From an uncultured bacterium (GTDB lineage: Bacteria > Patescibacteriota > Minisyncoccia > Phycocordibacterales > UBA9973), in the NCBI GenBank assembly GCA_903869825.1, contig CAIQAL010000003.1, forward strand, positions 3,624 to 67,623: a stretch of DNA of 64,000 bases. The letters run 5' to 3'. The notes under the pieces were generated by a model. That model was not told where the DNA came from. It worked only from the letters and a program-made list of their open reading frames with translations, and searched no databases. The translations under genes and the position numbers were made by a program. Below, in pieces: positions 49,290-60,207 of the stretch; the stretch's first letter is position 1, and every line of letters begins with the position of its first letter.

Positions 49290-51521
49290 TTATTTGATTT
49301 TGGTTAATTTATCTGGACGATGGTTTGGGCACTTATTATCACTACAGCGTTCCGGAATTGTTTTTGTCCCTTCCATTATGAGTGCCCCGCAAAGATTACA
49401 AACCCGCCCGGTTGGTTTTGCTTTAATAGCAAATTTGCAATCAGGATAATTTGAACAAGAATAAAAAATTCCAAAACGGCCACGGCGTTCAGTAATATCA
49501 CCAACTTTACATTGCGGACACGTCACTCCGGTTCTTTTTTTAGCTTCTTCGGCTTCATCACTTTTTATAAATTTACATTTGGGATATCGAGAACAAGATA
49601 TGAAAGTACCTGTTCCATCGCGTCTTTCCCGAATAACTAATTTTCCACCATAAACTTTCTTCTTTTTTTCACCTGCTAGCGTAGGCAAGCCGCACAATGG
49701 ACACATTTCTCCGGTTTCTGTTGGACCTTTTAATTCTGTTCCATCTAGCATAAGAGCTCCATCGCAATCCGGATAGCGGAAACAAGAATAAAACTTACCC
49801 ATCCTTGAAAGTTTGATAATCATTTTGGAACCGCATTTTGGACAAAGGATTCCCTCTGGTGCGTCTCCGAGATTTGTAGCTTTTTCAAGTTTTTCTTTTA
49901 ATTTTACTTCCTTGGTGAAAGGGCCATAAAAATCCTTCAATGTTTTTTCATATTCCCGTTCACCTCTTGAAATTTCATCAAGTTCGTCTTCCATTTCAGC
50001 GGTAAAAGTATCAGAAATATATGTTGGAAAATTCTTTTCTAAAAAATCTGATACAACCTCTCCTACGTCAGTCGGAAAAAGTGTCTTGCTTTCTTTTCGA
50101 ACATATCCTCGGTCTTCCAATGTTTTCATTATTGAAGCATAAGTTGAAGGTCTGCCGATTCCTCGAGCTTCTAGTTCTTTTATTAGTCCCGCCTCACTAT
50201 ACCGGCCCGGTGGTTCTGTAAACTTTTCATCGTTTACTAAATTAAGTAGTCTCAGGTTGTCTCCTTCTTTGACTTTTGGTAGTTCTACGTCTTCGCCTTT
50301 TCCTTCCTGATCAACCGCGAGCCAGCCTGGGAAAAGAGTGCGAGATCCGGTAGCAAAAAATTCCGGTAAGTCTTCTCTACTATTTATCACAGCAGAGATT
50401 CTTGTTTTTAATAATTTTGCATCAGCCATTTGAGAAGAAACTGTTCTTTCCCAGATTAATTTATACAATTTTTCTTGCTCTTCATTGCCAATAGATAAAT
50501 TTTCAATATGGGTTGGTCGGATTGCTTCGTGCGCCTCTTGGGCATTTTTTGATTTGGTCTTATGAATTCTAGGTTGGGAAAATTCTTTGCCGTATTTTTT
50601 TTCGATAAAATTTGTTATAGAGTTTGATGCACTTACGGCGAGCGTCGTTGAGTCTGTTCGCATATAAGTTATATGCCCAGCTTCGTAAAGCCTTTGAGCG
50701 ATTTGCATAGTACGTGATGGAGAATATCCAAGCCGAGAGCTGGCAGTTTGCTGTAAAGTGGAAGTAGTAAACGGTGCTCGGGGAGAACGTTTTTGCTCGG
50801 ATTCCTTAACTCCGGAAACAACCCAAGTACCATCTTTTCCAGCAGACATTATTTCGTTAACTATTTTTTCATCGCGTGGTTCTTCTTTGCAATCAAGAGT
50901 TATCTTCTCTTTTTTTATTGTTTCAAAGAGTCCATAAATTCGCCAAAACTTTTCCGGAATAAATGCACGAATTTCTCTTTCTCGTTCCATTATGATTCGC
51001 AGGGCAGGGGATTGAACCCGGCCAGCGGAGAGCCCATAACGAACTTTTTTCCAAATTAAACCAGATAAATCATAACCTACCAACCTATCAAGCACTCTGC
51101 GAGCTTCTTGGGCTCGAACTAATTTCATATCTATTTCTCCTGGACTCTTTAGTGCAATCTCAACGGCTTCTTTTGTAATTTCATGGAAAGAAACTCTTTT
51201 TATCGGAGCTATATTTTTTTTATTTTCTTTTAACAACTCTTCAATGTGCCAGGCGATTGCTTCTCCTTCACGGTCGGGGTCTGTTGCCAGGAGTACTTCG
51301 GTAGCTTTGCCGGCCAAATTTCTCAATTCGGAAACCACCTTTTCCTTTCCTTTTGAGATTTCATAGTGTGGGATAAATCCGCCTTCAATATCTATTGCTT
51401 TTTTGTTTGATTTTGGTAAATCACGGATGTGTCCGACCGAGGCACGTACCGTAAAAGCACCTTCGAGATATTTCTCGATAGTTTTTGCTTTCGAAGGGGA
51501 TTCAACAATTAACAGCTTCAT
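49290..51521 (-). CDS. topA: DNA topoisomerase I with C-terminal C4 zinc ribbons
   Basis: Toprim N-terminus LLIVESPSKAKTI, catalytic Tyr region, three CxxC...CxxC ribbons at C-terminus. Confidence 0.9.
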   Translation of the reverse strand: MKLLIVESPSKAKTIEKYLEGAFTVRASVGHIRDLPKSNKKAIDIEGGFIPHYEISKGKEKVVSELRNLAGKATEVLLATDPDREGEAIAWHIEELLKENKKNIAPIKRVSFHEITKEAVEIALKSPGEIDMKLVRAQEARRVLDRLVGYDLSGLIWKKVRYGLSAGRVQSPALRIIMEREREIRAFIPEKFWRIYGLFETIKKEKITLDCKEEPRDEKIVNEIMSAGKDGTWVVSGVKESEQKRSPRAPFTTSTLQQTASSRLGYSPSRTMQIAQRLYEAGHITYMRTDSTTLAVSASNSITNFIEKKYGKEFSQPRIHKTKSKNAQEAHEAIRPTHIENLSIGNEEQEKLYKLIWERTVSSQMADAKLLKTRISAVINSREDLPEFFATGSRTLFPGWLAVDQEGKGEDVELPKVKEGDNLRLLNLVNDEKFTEPPGRYSEAGLIKELEARGIGRPSTYASIMKTLEDRGYVRKESKTLFPTDVGEVVSDFLEKNFPTYISDTFTAEMEDELDEISRGEREYEKTLKDFYGPFTKEVKLKEKLEKATNLGDAPEGILCPKCGSKMIIKLSRMGKFYSCFRYPDCDGALMLDGTELKGPTETGEMCPLCGLPTLAGEKKKKVYGGKLVIRERRDGTGTFISCSRYPKCKFIKSDEAEEAKKRTGVTCPQCKVGDITERRGRFGIFYSCSNYPDCKFAIKAKPTGRVCNLCGALIMEGTKTIPERCSDNKCPNHRPDKLTKIK

Positions 51522-51724
51522 ATTGTCCTAGTATTACATACTATCTTTATATTTGGCAAATATAGTTGACAAAAAGTAAAGAACCAAATTTTAAACTGGT
51601 CAATTTATCCAAGGTTGTTTGGGTGGTTGGGGTAGTTCAAGTAATGGTTTTGGTATTTTATCTTTTGCAAGTTTTTTGATTTGTATACTTCCAATTATAT
51701 CAATTTTCATATATAATAAAAGTT

Positions 51725-52990
51725 ATGTTAGATATTAAATTTATAAAAGAAAATAAAGAAATTGTAAAGGAAGGAGCGAAAAAAAAACGAATAGAAATCG
51801 ACATTGATAAATTGGTAATCCTGGATGATGATCGACTAAAAATGCTTAAAGAGGTGGAGGATTTGCGAGCGGAGGTTAACCGAGTTTCAAATGACATTGC
51901 TCGTGACCAAGATCCGGCCTTAAAGGTGCAACTGATAGAAGAAATGCGCCTAGTAAAAGACGAAATAAAGAAAAAAGAAGAAAATTTAAAAATTATTATG
52001 GACGAATGGCACAAACTAATGCTTTCAGTTCCCAATGTCCCAGATATTTCTGTTCCGGATGGTGAAACAGATGCTGAAAATCAGGAAGTGAAAGTTTGGG
52101 GCGAAAAACCAGTTTTTAATTTTGAACCGAAAGATCATGTGGAGATTATGACTGCGCTCAAAATGGTTGATTTTGAAAGAGGAGTGAAGGTTCATGGCTT
52201 TCGTGGATATTTTTTGATAAATGATGGAGCGAAATTATCTTTTGCGGTTTGGAGTTACGCAATGGAATTTTTTTCAGCTCGAGGTTTTATTCCAGTAATT
52301 CCGCCTGCTATTGACCGGAAAGAAAATTTTATTGGAACCGGATTTTTACCACAAAGCGAGGAGGATTTATATAAAACACAAGGGGGAGATTATTTAGCAG
52401 GGACAGCCGAAGTTCCAGTGATGGGGATGCACGCAGGAGAGGTATTGGATAAAAATAATTTCCCCCTAAAATATTTAGGGTTTTCTCCGTGCTATCGACT
52501 TGAAGCGGGAAGTCACGGAAAAGACGTAAAAGGACTTATTCGAGTGCAAGAGTTTTATAAATTGGAACAAGTACTTTTGTGCGAAGCCAGTCATGAAACC
52601 TCGGTAAAATTTCACGAAGAAATAACCCAAAACGCCGAAGAGTTTATTGAATCTCTGGGCCTTCCGTACCACAAAGTAGTAAATTGCGGAGGGGATTTGG
52701 GTCTGGGGCAAGTTAAAAAATATGATCTTGAGATTTGGGTACCGAAGGAAGATAAATACCGAGAAACCCACTCTGCTTCGTATTTTCACGATTTTCAAAC
52801 TCGTCGTTTAAATATCAGGTATAAAGATGATGATGGTAGATTAAAATATGCTCACTCCTTAAACAATACGGCGATTGCTACTCCTCGCATCTTGGTGTCT
52901 CTTGTTGAGAACTACCAGCAGGCAGATGGAAGTGTAAAAATTCCTGAGGTTTTGAGAAAATATATGGGGGGTAGAGAATTTTTAAAATAG
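51725..52990 (+). CDS. serS: seryl-tRNA synthetase
   Basis: N-terminal coiled coil, class II motifs (FRGYFLINDGAKL..., GSHGKDVKGLIRVQEF), 421 aa; TATAAT 7 nt upstream of ATG. Confidence 0.9.
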   Translation: MLDIKFIKENKEIVKEGAKKKRIEIDIDKLVILDDDRLKMLKEVEDLRAEVNRVSNDIARDQDPALKVQLIEEMRLVKDEIKKKEENLKIIMDEWHKLMLSVPNVPDISVPDGETDAENQEVKVWGEKPVFNFEPKDHVEIMTALKMVDFERGVKVHGFRGYFLINDGAKLSFAVWSYAMEFFSARGFIPVIPPAIDRKENFIGTGFLPQSEEDLYKTQGGDYLAGTAEVPVMGMHAGEVLDKNNFPLKYLGFSPCYRLEAGSHGKDVKGLIRVQEFYKLEQVLLCEASHETSVKFHEEITQNAEEFIESLGLPYHKVVNCGGDLGLGQVKKYDLEIWVPKEDKYRETHSASYFHDFQTRRLNIRYKDDDGRLKYAHSLNNTAIATPRILVSLVENYQQADGSVKIPEVLRKYMGGREFLK

Positions 52991-53005
52991 CTACGCCAGT
53001 TTCAA

Positions 53006-53854
53006 ATGAAAAATAAACTTGTCTCTAGTTCACCGCGGATAGCGGAATTGCATCGCAAAAAAAATAAAGTTTTGAAGAGAAAAATTGCATTTTCTGTCAT
53101 ATTTTTTATTTGCATTATTGTTGGTCTTGGTCTTCTTTCTAGGGCTTCTTCCTTAAACATCAAGGAGGTGAATATTTCAGGAAATATTGTCGTAGACAAT
53201 AGCGAAATAAAAAATATTGTTGAAAGTAAAATTTTAGGACACTATTTTTGGATTTTTCCAAAAGCCAATTTTGCTCTTTATCCTAAAAACAAAATAAAAA
53301 AAGAATTGATGAAAAAATTCAATAGATTGAAGGATATTTCATTTAATTTACAAAGTACCAGTATTCTCACGGTAAATGTTTCTGAATATGAAGGCAAATA
53401 TTTATGGTGCGGAGAACAGATTCCCGCAGTTGAGTTTATCAAAAGCAAATGTTATTTTCTTGACGATACCGGTTATATTTTTGACGAAGCTCCTTTTTTT
53501 TCCGGAGGAGTTTATTTTAAATTTTACGGTGAGCCCTCTCATATTGGTTCCTTCTATTTAAAAAATCATTGGGCAAATATTATTTTGTTAAAAAAAACTC
53601 TTGAGTCGATGCGCTTGAAACCAACAAACTTTTGGTTGGATGAAAATAAAGATGGCAATATTTCTTTGTCGTCTGAACCAATGAAAGGTCCTAGAATAAT
53701 TTTTAACTTAGACACAGATTATCAAAAAATGGCTGAGAACCTTCAATCGGCACTTGATACTGATCCCTTGCGAACTGATTATAAATATAAATTTGATTCT
53801 TTGGACTATATTAACCTAAGTTTTGGTAATAAGGTATACTACAAATTCAAATAA
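53006..53854 (+). CDS. membrane-anchored protein with POTRA-like domain (FtsQ/DivIB-like)
   Basis: N-terminal basic region + TM, then LNIKEVNISGNIVVDNSEIKNIV segment resembling FtsQ POTRA. Confidence 0.4.
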   Translation: MKNKLVSSSPRIAELHRKKNKVLKRKIAFSVIFFICIIVGLGLLSRASSLNIKEVNISGNIVVDNSEIKNIVESKILGHYFWIFPKANFALYPKNKIKKELMKKFNRLKDISFNLQSTSILTVNVSEYEGKYLWCGEQIPAVEFIKSKCYFLDDTGYIFDEAPFFSGGVYFKFYGEPSHIGSFYLKNHWANIILLKKTLESMRLKPTNFWLDENKDGNISLSSEPMKGPRIIFNLDTDYQKMAENLQSALDTDPLRTDYKYKFDSLDYINLSFGNKVYYKFK

Positions 53855-54814
53855 ATGACAAACTTTTGGAAAAAACTAAATAAGCCATTTTTTTGTCTAG
53901 CTCCAATGGCAGATGTGACTGACTATGCGTTCAGACAAATAATCACAAAATATGGTAAACCAGATGTTCTTTGGACAGAGTTTGTGTCAGCTGATGGGTT
54001 ATGTTCTGTTGGTCAGAAAAAACTTATGATGAATTTAAAATTTAAGAAAAATGAGCACCCAATCGTTGCTCAAATTTTTGGTTCAAAGCCTGAAAATATA
54101 AAAAAAGCCTCAGCTTTGTGCAAAAAACTTGGTTTTGACGGAGTAGATATCAATATGGGTTGTCCTGATAAATCTGTTGAAAAACAAAATTCCGGTGCGG
54201 CATTGATGAAAAATCATAAACTAGCAAAAAAAATTATTTTAGCTGCGAAGGAAGGAGCTCGGGGTTTACCAATATCCGTAAAAACCAGAATCGGTTATTA
54301 CAAAAATGAAATAGACATTGAATGGCTAAAAAATATTTTAGAGGAAAATATTGCAGTTCTCACTGTTCACTTGCGAACAAGGAAGGAAATGTCCAAAGTT
54401 GGAGCGCACTGGGAATTTGCAAAAAAAGTTGTTGCTTTGCGGAATAAATACGCGAAAGATACTTTAATTATTCTAAATGGCGATGTCGTAGATTTAAGTG
54501 ATGCCAAAAAGAAAGCAAATGATTCTGGTTGTGACGGAGTAATGCTTGGGAGAGCAATTTTTGGCAATCCGTGGTTGTTCAATAAAAAGTTTATTTCACC
54601 GGAAACTTCTGAAAAATTGAAAATCTTAGCTGAACATACCACTCTTTTTGATAGAACTTTTAAAAATAAAAAAAATTATTCCGTAATGAAAAAGCATTTC
54701 AAAGCCTACGTGAATGGTTTTGACGGCGCCAAAGAACTTCGAGCAAGCTTAATGGAAACAAAGAGCGCGATTGAAGTCAAGAAGATTGTGGATAAGCATT
54801 TGAGGTCTGAATAA
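53855..54814 (+). CDS. tRNA-dihydrouridine synthase
   Basis: FCLAPMADVTDYAFRQI N-terminus, TIM-barrel Dus motifs, catalytic Cys (DINMGCP). Confidence 0.8.
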   Translation: MTNFWKKLNKPFFCLAPMADVTDYAFRQIITKYGKPDVLWTEFVSADGLCSVGQKKLMMNLKFKKNEHPIVAQIFGSKPENIKKASALCKKLGFDGVDINMGCPDKSVEKQNSGAALMKNHKLAKKIILAAKEGARGLPISVKTRIGYYKNEIDIEWLKNILEENIAVLTVHLRTRKEMSKVGAHWEFAKKVVALRNKYAKDTLIILNGDVVDLSDAKKKANDSGCDGVMLGRAIFGNPWLFNKKFISPETSEKLKILAEHTTLFDRTFKNKKNYSVMKKHFKAYVNGFDGAKELRASLMETKSAIEVKKIVDKHLRSE

Positions 54815-54901
54815 AATATGATATAATCGTTTCCAATGTATAAACAAAAGGAAACAAGAAATAAAGTCGGGGAAAAATTCACTATATTTATCGTTTCAAA
54901 T

Positions 54902-54931
54902 AAAAGCTCCAGTTGTGGAGCTTTTATTTTG
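54902..54931 (+). terminator. intrinsic terminator after dus
   Basis: aaaagctcca-gttg-tggagctttt perfect 10-bp stem followed by atttt. Confidence 0.65.
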
Positions 54932-54968
54932 TTTAAAGAAGATTTTTATTATAAGATAGTGAATACTT

Positions 54969-56039
54969 ATGCAAGCTAAATTAGTTTTACAAGATGGAGA
55001 GGTTATAATTGGCCGAAGTTTTGGTGCTCCCATCTCGGTTCCAGGAGAAGTTGTTTTTGCCACTGGAATGGTTGGATACCCTGAAGCATTAACAGATCCA
55101 TCATTTTGTGGTCAAATTTTAGTTCTTACTTCTCCAATGGTGGGCAATTATGGAATTCCAGCATCCATAGACTGGGAATCAGATAAAATTCAGATTGCGG
55201 GACTCGTTGTTTGTAACTACATTGATACTCCGTCGCATCATTCCTCGAAAGAAACTTTGGCTCATTGGTTAAAAAGATTTGGTATCCCAGCAATCGAAAT
55301 TAAAGATACAAGATATTTAGCCCAAAAATTAAGAACACACGGTGTGCTTCCAGGAAAGATTATCTGCGGGAAAAATATAGTTAATTTTAAAGATCCGAAC
55401 ACTCGGAATTTAGTTTCGGAAGTTTCAACAAAAAAAATATGGTCAAAAGGTGTTGGAAAGAAAACTGTGGTGGTAATTGATTGTGGAGTAAAATTTAATA
55501 TTGTTAGACAATTGGAAAAAAGGGGATTAAAAGTTGTGGTTGTCCCTTGGGATACTGATGTCCTCAAGTTGTCTTTTTCATTTTCAGCTGTGGTTGTTTC
55601 GAACGGCCCGGGAGACCCTACTGAGGTGCATGCTACTATTTTAAATATCAAAAAGGTATTGGCAAGGCAGATTCCCACATTGGGAATCTGCCTTGGGAAT
55701 CAAATTTTGGCTCTTGCCTGTGGCGGTAGTACCTATAAACTTCCCTACGGTCACAGAAGTCAAAATCAACCCTGTGTCCTCTCCGGTACAAAGAAGTGCT
55801 ACTTAACAACCCAAAATCATGGTTTTGCCATCAAAAATATTCCAAAAGATTTTAAAGAATGGTTTTATAATGCGAATGATCAAACCAATGAAGGGATAAT
55901 CCACAAAAAATTGCCATTTATGTCTGTTCAATTTCATCCCGAAAGTTCTCCGGGGCCACTTGATACGGATTGGGTTTTCGATTATTTTTTCAAGAAAGCA
56001 AAAATTGATATTATTACTCCCAAAATGATAGAGCAATAA
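54969..56039 (+). CDS. carA: carbamoyl-phosphate synthase small (glutaminase) subunit
   Basis: N-terminal CarA domain + class I GATase (GICLGNQIL), 356 aa. Confidence 0.9.
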   Translation: MQAKLVLQDGEVIIGRSFGAPISVPGEVVFATGMVGYPEALTDPSFCGQILVLTSPMVGNYGIPASIDWESDKIQIAGLVVCNYIDTPSHHSSKETLAHWLKRFGIPAIEIKDTRYLAQKLRTHGVLPGKIICGKNIVNFKDPNTRNLVSEVSTKKIWSKGVGKKTVVVIDCGVKFNIVRQLEKRGLKVVVVPWDTDVLKLSFSFSAVVVSNGPGDPTEVHATILNIKKVLARQIPTLGICLGNQILALACGGSTYKLPYGHRSQNQPCVLSGTKKCYLTTQNHGFAIKNIPKDFKEWFYNANDQTNEGIIHKKLPFMSVQFHPESSPGPLDTDWVFDYFFKKAKIDIITPKMIEQ

Positions 56040-56040
56040 T

Positions 56041-59000
56041 ATGGAAAACTTAAAAAAATACAAAAAAATATTGGTTCTTGGTTCAGGGGCACTTAAGATT
56101 GGCGAAGCTGGAGAATTTGATTATAGTGGTAGTCAGGCAATCAAAGCTCTAAAGGAAGAAAAAGTAAAAATTATTTTGGTAAATCCAAATATTGCAACAT
56201 TCCAAACTTCCAAAGATCTTGCGGACGAAGTGTATTTTTTGCCGGTGAATGATTATTTTGTTGAACAGGTTATAAGGAGAGAAATGCCCGACTGGATTAT
56301 GCTATCGTTCGGTGGACAAACAGCGCTCAATTGCGGGCTTGAATTAGAAAAAAAGGGAATTTTAAAAAAATATAATGTAAAAGTGCTTGGTACCCCGATA
56401 AAATCAATTATCCTTACCGAAGATCGACAGTTATTTGCGGAGCATTTACGAAGCATTGATATCCCTGTTCCACCAAGTGGTTCGGCTATAACTCTGGCTG
56501 AGGCAAAAGTTATTGCAAAAAAAATTGGTTTTCCGTTAATGGTTCGAGCAGCCTATACTCTTGGCGGTCAAAAATCAGGAGTTGCCACAAATTTTCAAGA
56601 ATTGGAAGAAATTGTAAATGGAGCCCTGACTGTTTCCCCGCAAGTATTGATTGAAAAATATCTGTATCATTTTAAAGAAATTGAATATGAAGTTGTTCGA
56701 GATAAATACGACAACACGGTCACTGTTTGCAACATGGAAAATTTTGATCCGCTTGGCATTCACACCGGGGACTCTATTGTTGTTGCCCCCAGCCAAACAC
56801 TTTCAAATGAGGAATATCACAAATTACGAACTGCTAGTATAAAAATTGTTCAAAGCCTTAAGATCGTTGGTGAATGCAATGTTCAATATGCTCTTAATCC
56901 GAATCCCCAAAATGGGCATTTCGATTATTATGTAATTGAAGTAAACGCCAGACTTTCTCGCTCGAGCGCGCTTGCCTCAAAAGCTACCGGTTATCCGCTT
57001 GCGTATGTTGCGGCAAAACTTGCTCTCGGTAAAAGTTTACTTGAAATAAAAAATAAAATTACCGAAGTAACTCAGTGCTTTTTTGAACCAGCCCTTGATT
57101 ATATAGTTGTTAAAATTCCGCGTTTTGATTTGGAGAAATTTAAAGGGGTTGATTTACATATTGGAAGTGCCATGAAATCGGTTGGGGAAGTAATGGCTAT
57201 CGGTAGAAATTTCGAAGAGGCATTACAGAAAGCAATTCGGATGCAATCCAGCCAGATTGAAAGTGTCACTGACAACGATTTTACTGATAATAATGAATTG
57301 AGAAAATTGTTGAGCCAACCAACTTCCAAAAGAATTTTCGTGGTGGCATTCCTTATTAAAAAAGGGGTATCCCTGAACTATATTCATAAAATGACTGGCA
57401 TTGATTTATGGTTTTTATTTAGAATCAAAGAGATAGTGGAAGGTGAAAAGAATTTTGAAAAATATAAAAAACTTACCTCAAAAGTACTACTAGGATTAAA
57501 ACAGCTTGGTTTTTCTGATAAAAAAATTGGAAGACTTTGCAATAAACCCGAACAAGAAATCAGAGAAATTCGTAAGCGGATGAAGATCCTACCGTCAATA
57601 TTCCAAATTGATACCTTGGCGGGAGAAATGCCGGCAAAAACAAATTATTTGTATCTCACATATCATGGGAACCACAACGATGTATCGCCTATGGGCATAA
57701 ATGCGATTATTGTTCTTGGAAGCGGACCATACCACATAGGCTCGAGTGTTGAATTTGATTGGTCCTGTGTTCACACAGCGATGGCTCTTCAGAAATATAA
57801 AAAAGAATCCATTATTATAAATTGTAATCCTGAAACAGTCTCTACTGATTATGATATGTCTGATCGTCTTTATTTTGAAGATATCTCTTATGAAACAGTA
57901 TCCGATATATATGAATTTGAAAAAGCAGAAGGACTAGTCGTTTCTGTTGGCGGACAACGTCCAAATAATTTAGCCAATAAACTTTCAGAACAAGGGTTCC
58001 ATATTTTAGGAACAACTTCTGGGAACATTAACCGGGCAGAAAATCGTAATCTTTTTTCAGCCTTACTGGATAAATTGGATATTCTTCAACCTAAGTGGCA
58101 ATGTTTTTCAAATATATCAGGCGCTCTCAAATTTGCATCGAGCGAAGGCTTTCCTGTCTTAGTTCGCCCTTCATTCGTACTTTCAGGGGCTGCAATGAGA
58201 GTGTGTTATTCAAAAACAGAATTAAGTAATTTTATTGAAAAAGCGGCACTTCTGTCCGGGGAATTTCCAGTGACAATTTCGAAGTTTATTGAAAATGCCA
58301 AAGAACTCGAGTTTGATGCGGTCGCCCAAGACGGTGAGATAATGATTTATGCGATATCGGAACATATTGAAAATGCCGGAGTGCATTCTGGTGATGCAAC
58401 AATAGTTTATCCAACCCAGAGAGTTTACGCTTCAACTGAATTTCAGTTAAAAGAGATTTCGTCAAAAATAGCAAAAGAGCTTAAAATAACTGGGCCCTTC
58501 AATATTCAATTTTTAGTCAAAGACAATAAACCATTTGTGATTGAAGTTAATGTGCGAGCCTCTCGAACATTCCCATTATTGTCAAAAGCGATGGATATCA
58601 ATTTTTTGGAGATTGCTGTTGATTGCTTTTTTGGAGGGGCAAAAGTTCACAAGTTCTCTTATCCAAAAGGAGTTGTCGTAAAATCTTCTCAATTTTCATT
58701 CTCACGTTTACTCGGGGCTGACCCAGTACTACGAGTGGAGATGTCTTCAACAGGGGAAGTTGCTTGTTTCGGAAAAGATTACGATGAAGCAATTTTAAAA
58801 TCTATAATGAGTACCAATAAATTTGATTTTGATAAAAAAACGGTTGTTCTTTCTCTTCGAAAATTAGTAAACAAAGCAAAGTTCTTAGAGGCAGCAAATA
58901 CTATCAATTCTCTTGGTTATAAAATTTTTGCTACAGATACGACCGCAGAATTTTTAAGAAATAATGGAATCCCAGCTCATGTGGTGCGAAAAGCTTCTGA

Positions 59001-59253
59001 AAAATCTCCAAATATTATTGATATTATTAATAGTAAGAAAATAGCCTTTGTTGTAAATTTAAGTGAGAACGATGTACTTTCAAAAGAAAACAAGCATATA
59101 GTAACTGATGGTTTTCGTATTCGACGAGCAACAGTTGATAGTCAAATTCCTCTGTTTACCGACATGCGGCTTGCGCGAGCTTTCATCAAAGCCCTGGCCC
59201 GATACAAGATATGGGATTTGGAAATTAAATCATATAATGAGTATATAAATTAA
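56041..59253 (+). CDS. carB: carbamoyl-phosphate synthase large subunit
   Basis: 1070 aa, duplicated ATP-grasp modules and MGS-like C-terminal domain. Confidence 0.95.
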   Translation: MENLKKYKKILVLGSGALKIGEAGEFDYSGSQAIKALKEEKVKIILVNPNIATFQTSKDLADEVYFLPVNDYFVEQVIRREMPDWIMLSFGGQTALNCGLELEKKGILKKYNVKVLGTPIKSIILTEDRQLFAEHLRSIDIPVPPSGSAITLAEAKVIAKKIGFPLMVRAAYTLGGQKSGVATNFQELEEIVNGALTVSPQVLIEKYLYHFKEIEYEVVRDKYDNTVTVCNMENFDPLGIHTGDSIVVAPSQTLSNEEYHKLRTASIKIVQSLKIVGECNVQYALNPNPQNGHFDYYVIEVNARLSRSSALASKATGYPLAYVAAKLALGKSLLEIKNKITEVTQCFFEPALDYIVVKIPRFDLEKFKGVDLHIGSAMKSVGEVMAIGRNFEEALQKAIRMQSSQIESVTDNDFTDNNELRKLLSQPTSKRIFVVAFLIKKGVSLNYIHKMTGIDLWFLFRIKEIVEGEKNFEKYKKLTSKVLLGLKQLGFSDKKIGRLCNKPEQEIREIRKRMKILPSIFQIDTLAGEMPAKTNYLYLTYHGNHNDVSPMGINAIIVLGSGPYHIGSSVEFDWSCVHTAMALQKYKKESIIINCNPETVSTDYDMSDRLYFEDISYETVSDIYEFEKAEGLVVSVGGQRPNNLANKLSEQGFHILGTTSGNINRAENRNLFSALLDKLDILQPKWQCFSNISGALKFASSEGFPVLVRPSFVLSGAAMRVCYSKTELSNFIEKAALLSGEFPVTISKFIENAKELEFDAVAQDGEIMIYAISEHIENAGVHSGDATIVYPTQRVYASTEFQLKEISSKIAKELKITGPFNIQFLVKDNKPFVIEVNVRASRTFPLLSKAMDINFLEIAVDCFFGGAKVHKFSYPKGVVVKSSQFSFSRLLGADPVLRVEMSSTGEVACFGKDYDEAILKSIMSTNKFDFDKKTVVLSLRKLVNKAKFLEAANTINSLGYKIFATDTTAEFLRNNGIPAHVVRKASEKSPNIIDIINSKKIAFVVNLSENDVLSKENKHIVTDGFRIRRATVDSQIPLFTDMRLARAFIKALARYKIWDLEIKSYNEYIN

Positions 59254-59270
59254 TAATCTAATATAAATAT

Positions 59271-60185
59271 ATGCACATACTTTCAACAAACCAATTTACA
59301 AAGAGTGAAGTCGACGCAATATTATTACGATCGGGAGAAATGGAAAAATCCTTGAGAGACCCAAAAACCGCGACTCTTTTGTCTGGGAAAATAGTTGCTA
59401 GTATTTTTTTTGAACCATCCACGCGCACCCGCCTTTCTTTTGAAACTGCAGCAATACGATTGGGTGCTGATATCATCTCTGCCGAAAATGCGATGGGCAA
59501 TTCTTCAGCTTTTAAAGGAGAAACTATTGAAGACACCGCTCGCATGCTTTCTTGTTATTCCGATGCCATTGTAATGCGTCATCCAACTTTTGGTTCTGTG
59601 GAGAAAGCTGCCAGTGTGACCAAGACCCCGATAATTAATGCCGGGGACGGAGCAAATCAACATCCATCTCAAGGGCTATTGGATTTGTATACAATTTTGA
59701 AAGAAGAAGGCCGCTTGGAAAACCTTACTATTGGATTTGTCGGCGATATCCTAAATAGTCGAACTCTTCGTTCTTTAGTTCCACTTTTAATACTGTATCC
59801 AAATAATAAATTTTATTTTGTGTCACCAAAAGAACTAGTTTTAGCAAAAGAATATCGGGAATATTTGAAAAAAAATAATGTAAATTTTGAAGAAAAAAAT
59901 AATCTTGAGGATATATTGCCGAAATTAGATGTCTTGTATATGACGCGAGTTCAAAAGGAACGTTTTCTTAATATTGCCGAATATGAAAAAGTAAAAGACT
60001 CTTTTATTTTAAAAATAAATGATGTCAAAAAATTAAAAGATACCGCAATTATTTTACATCCTTTGCCAAGAGTAAATGAGATTGATCATGAAATTGATTC
60101 AGATAAAAGAGCGGCATATTTTCGTCAGGCTCAAAATGGTCTATATGTTCGTATGAGCCTCCTTCTTACTGTTTTTGATTTATAA
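59271..60185 (+). CDS. pyrB: aspartate carbamoyltransferase catalytic subunit
   Basis: FFEPSTRTR carbamoyl-phosphate binding motif, HPLP motif, 304 aa. Confidence 0.9.
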   Translation: MHILSTNQFTKSEVDAILLRSGEMEKSLRDPKTATLLSGKIVASIFFEPSTRTRLSFETAAIRLGADIISAENAMGNSSAFKGETIEDTARMLSCYSDAIVMRHPTFGSVEKAASVTKTPIINAGDGANQHPSQGLLDLYTILKEEGRLENLTIGFVGDILNSRTLRSLVPLLILYPNNKFYFVSPKELVLAKEYREYLKKNNVNFEEKNNLEDILPKLDVLYMTRVQKERFLNIAEYEKVKDSFILKINDVKKLKDTAIILHPLPRVNEIDHEIDSDKRAAYFRQAQNGLYVRMSLLLTVFDL

Positions 60186-60207
60186 AACTCTCTGATATAC
60201 TATCTTT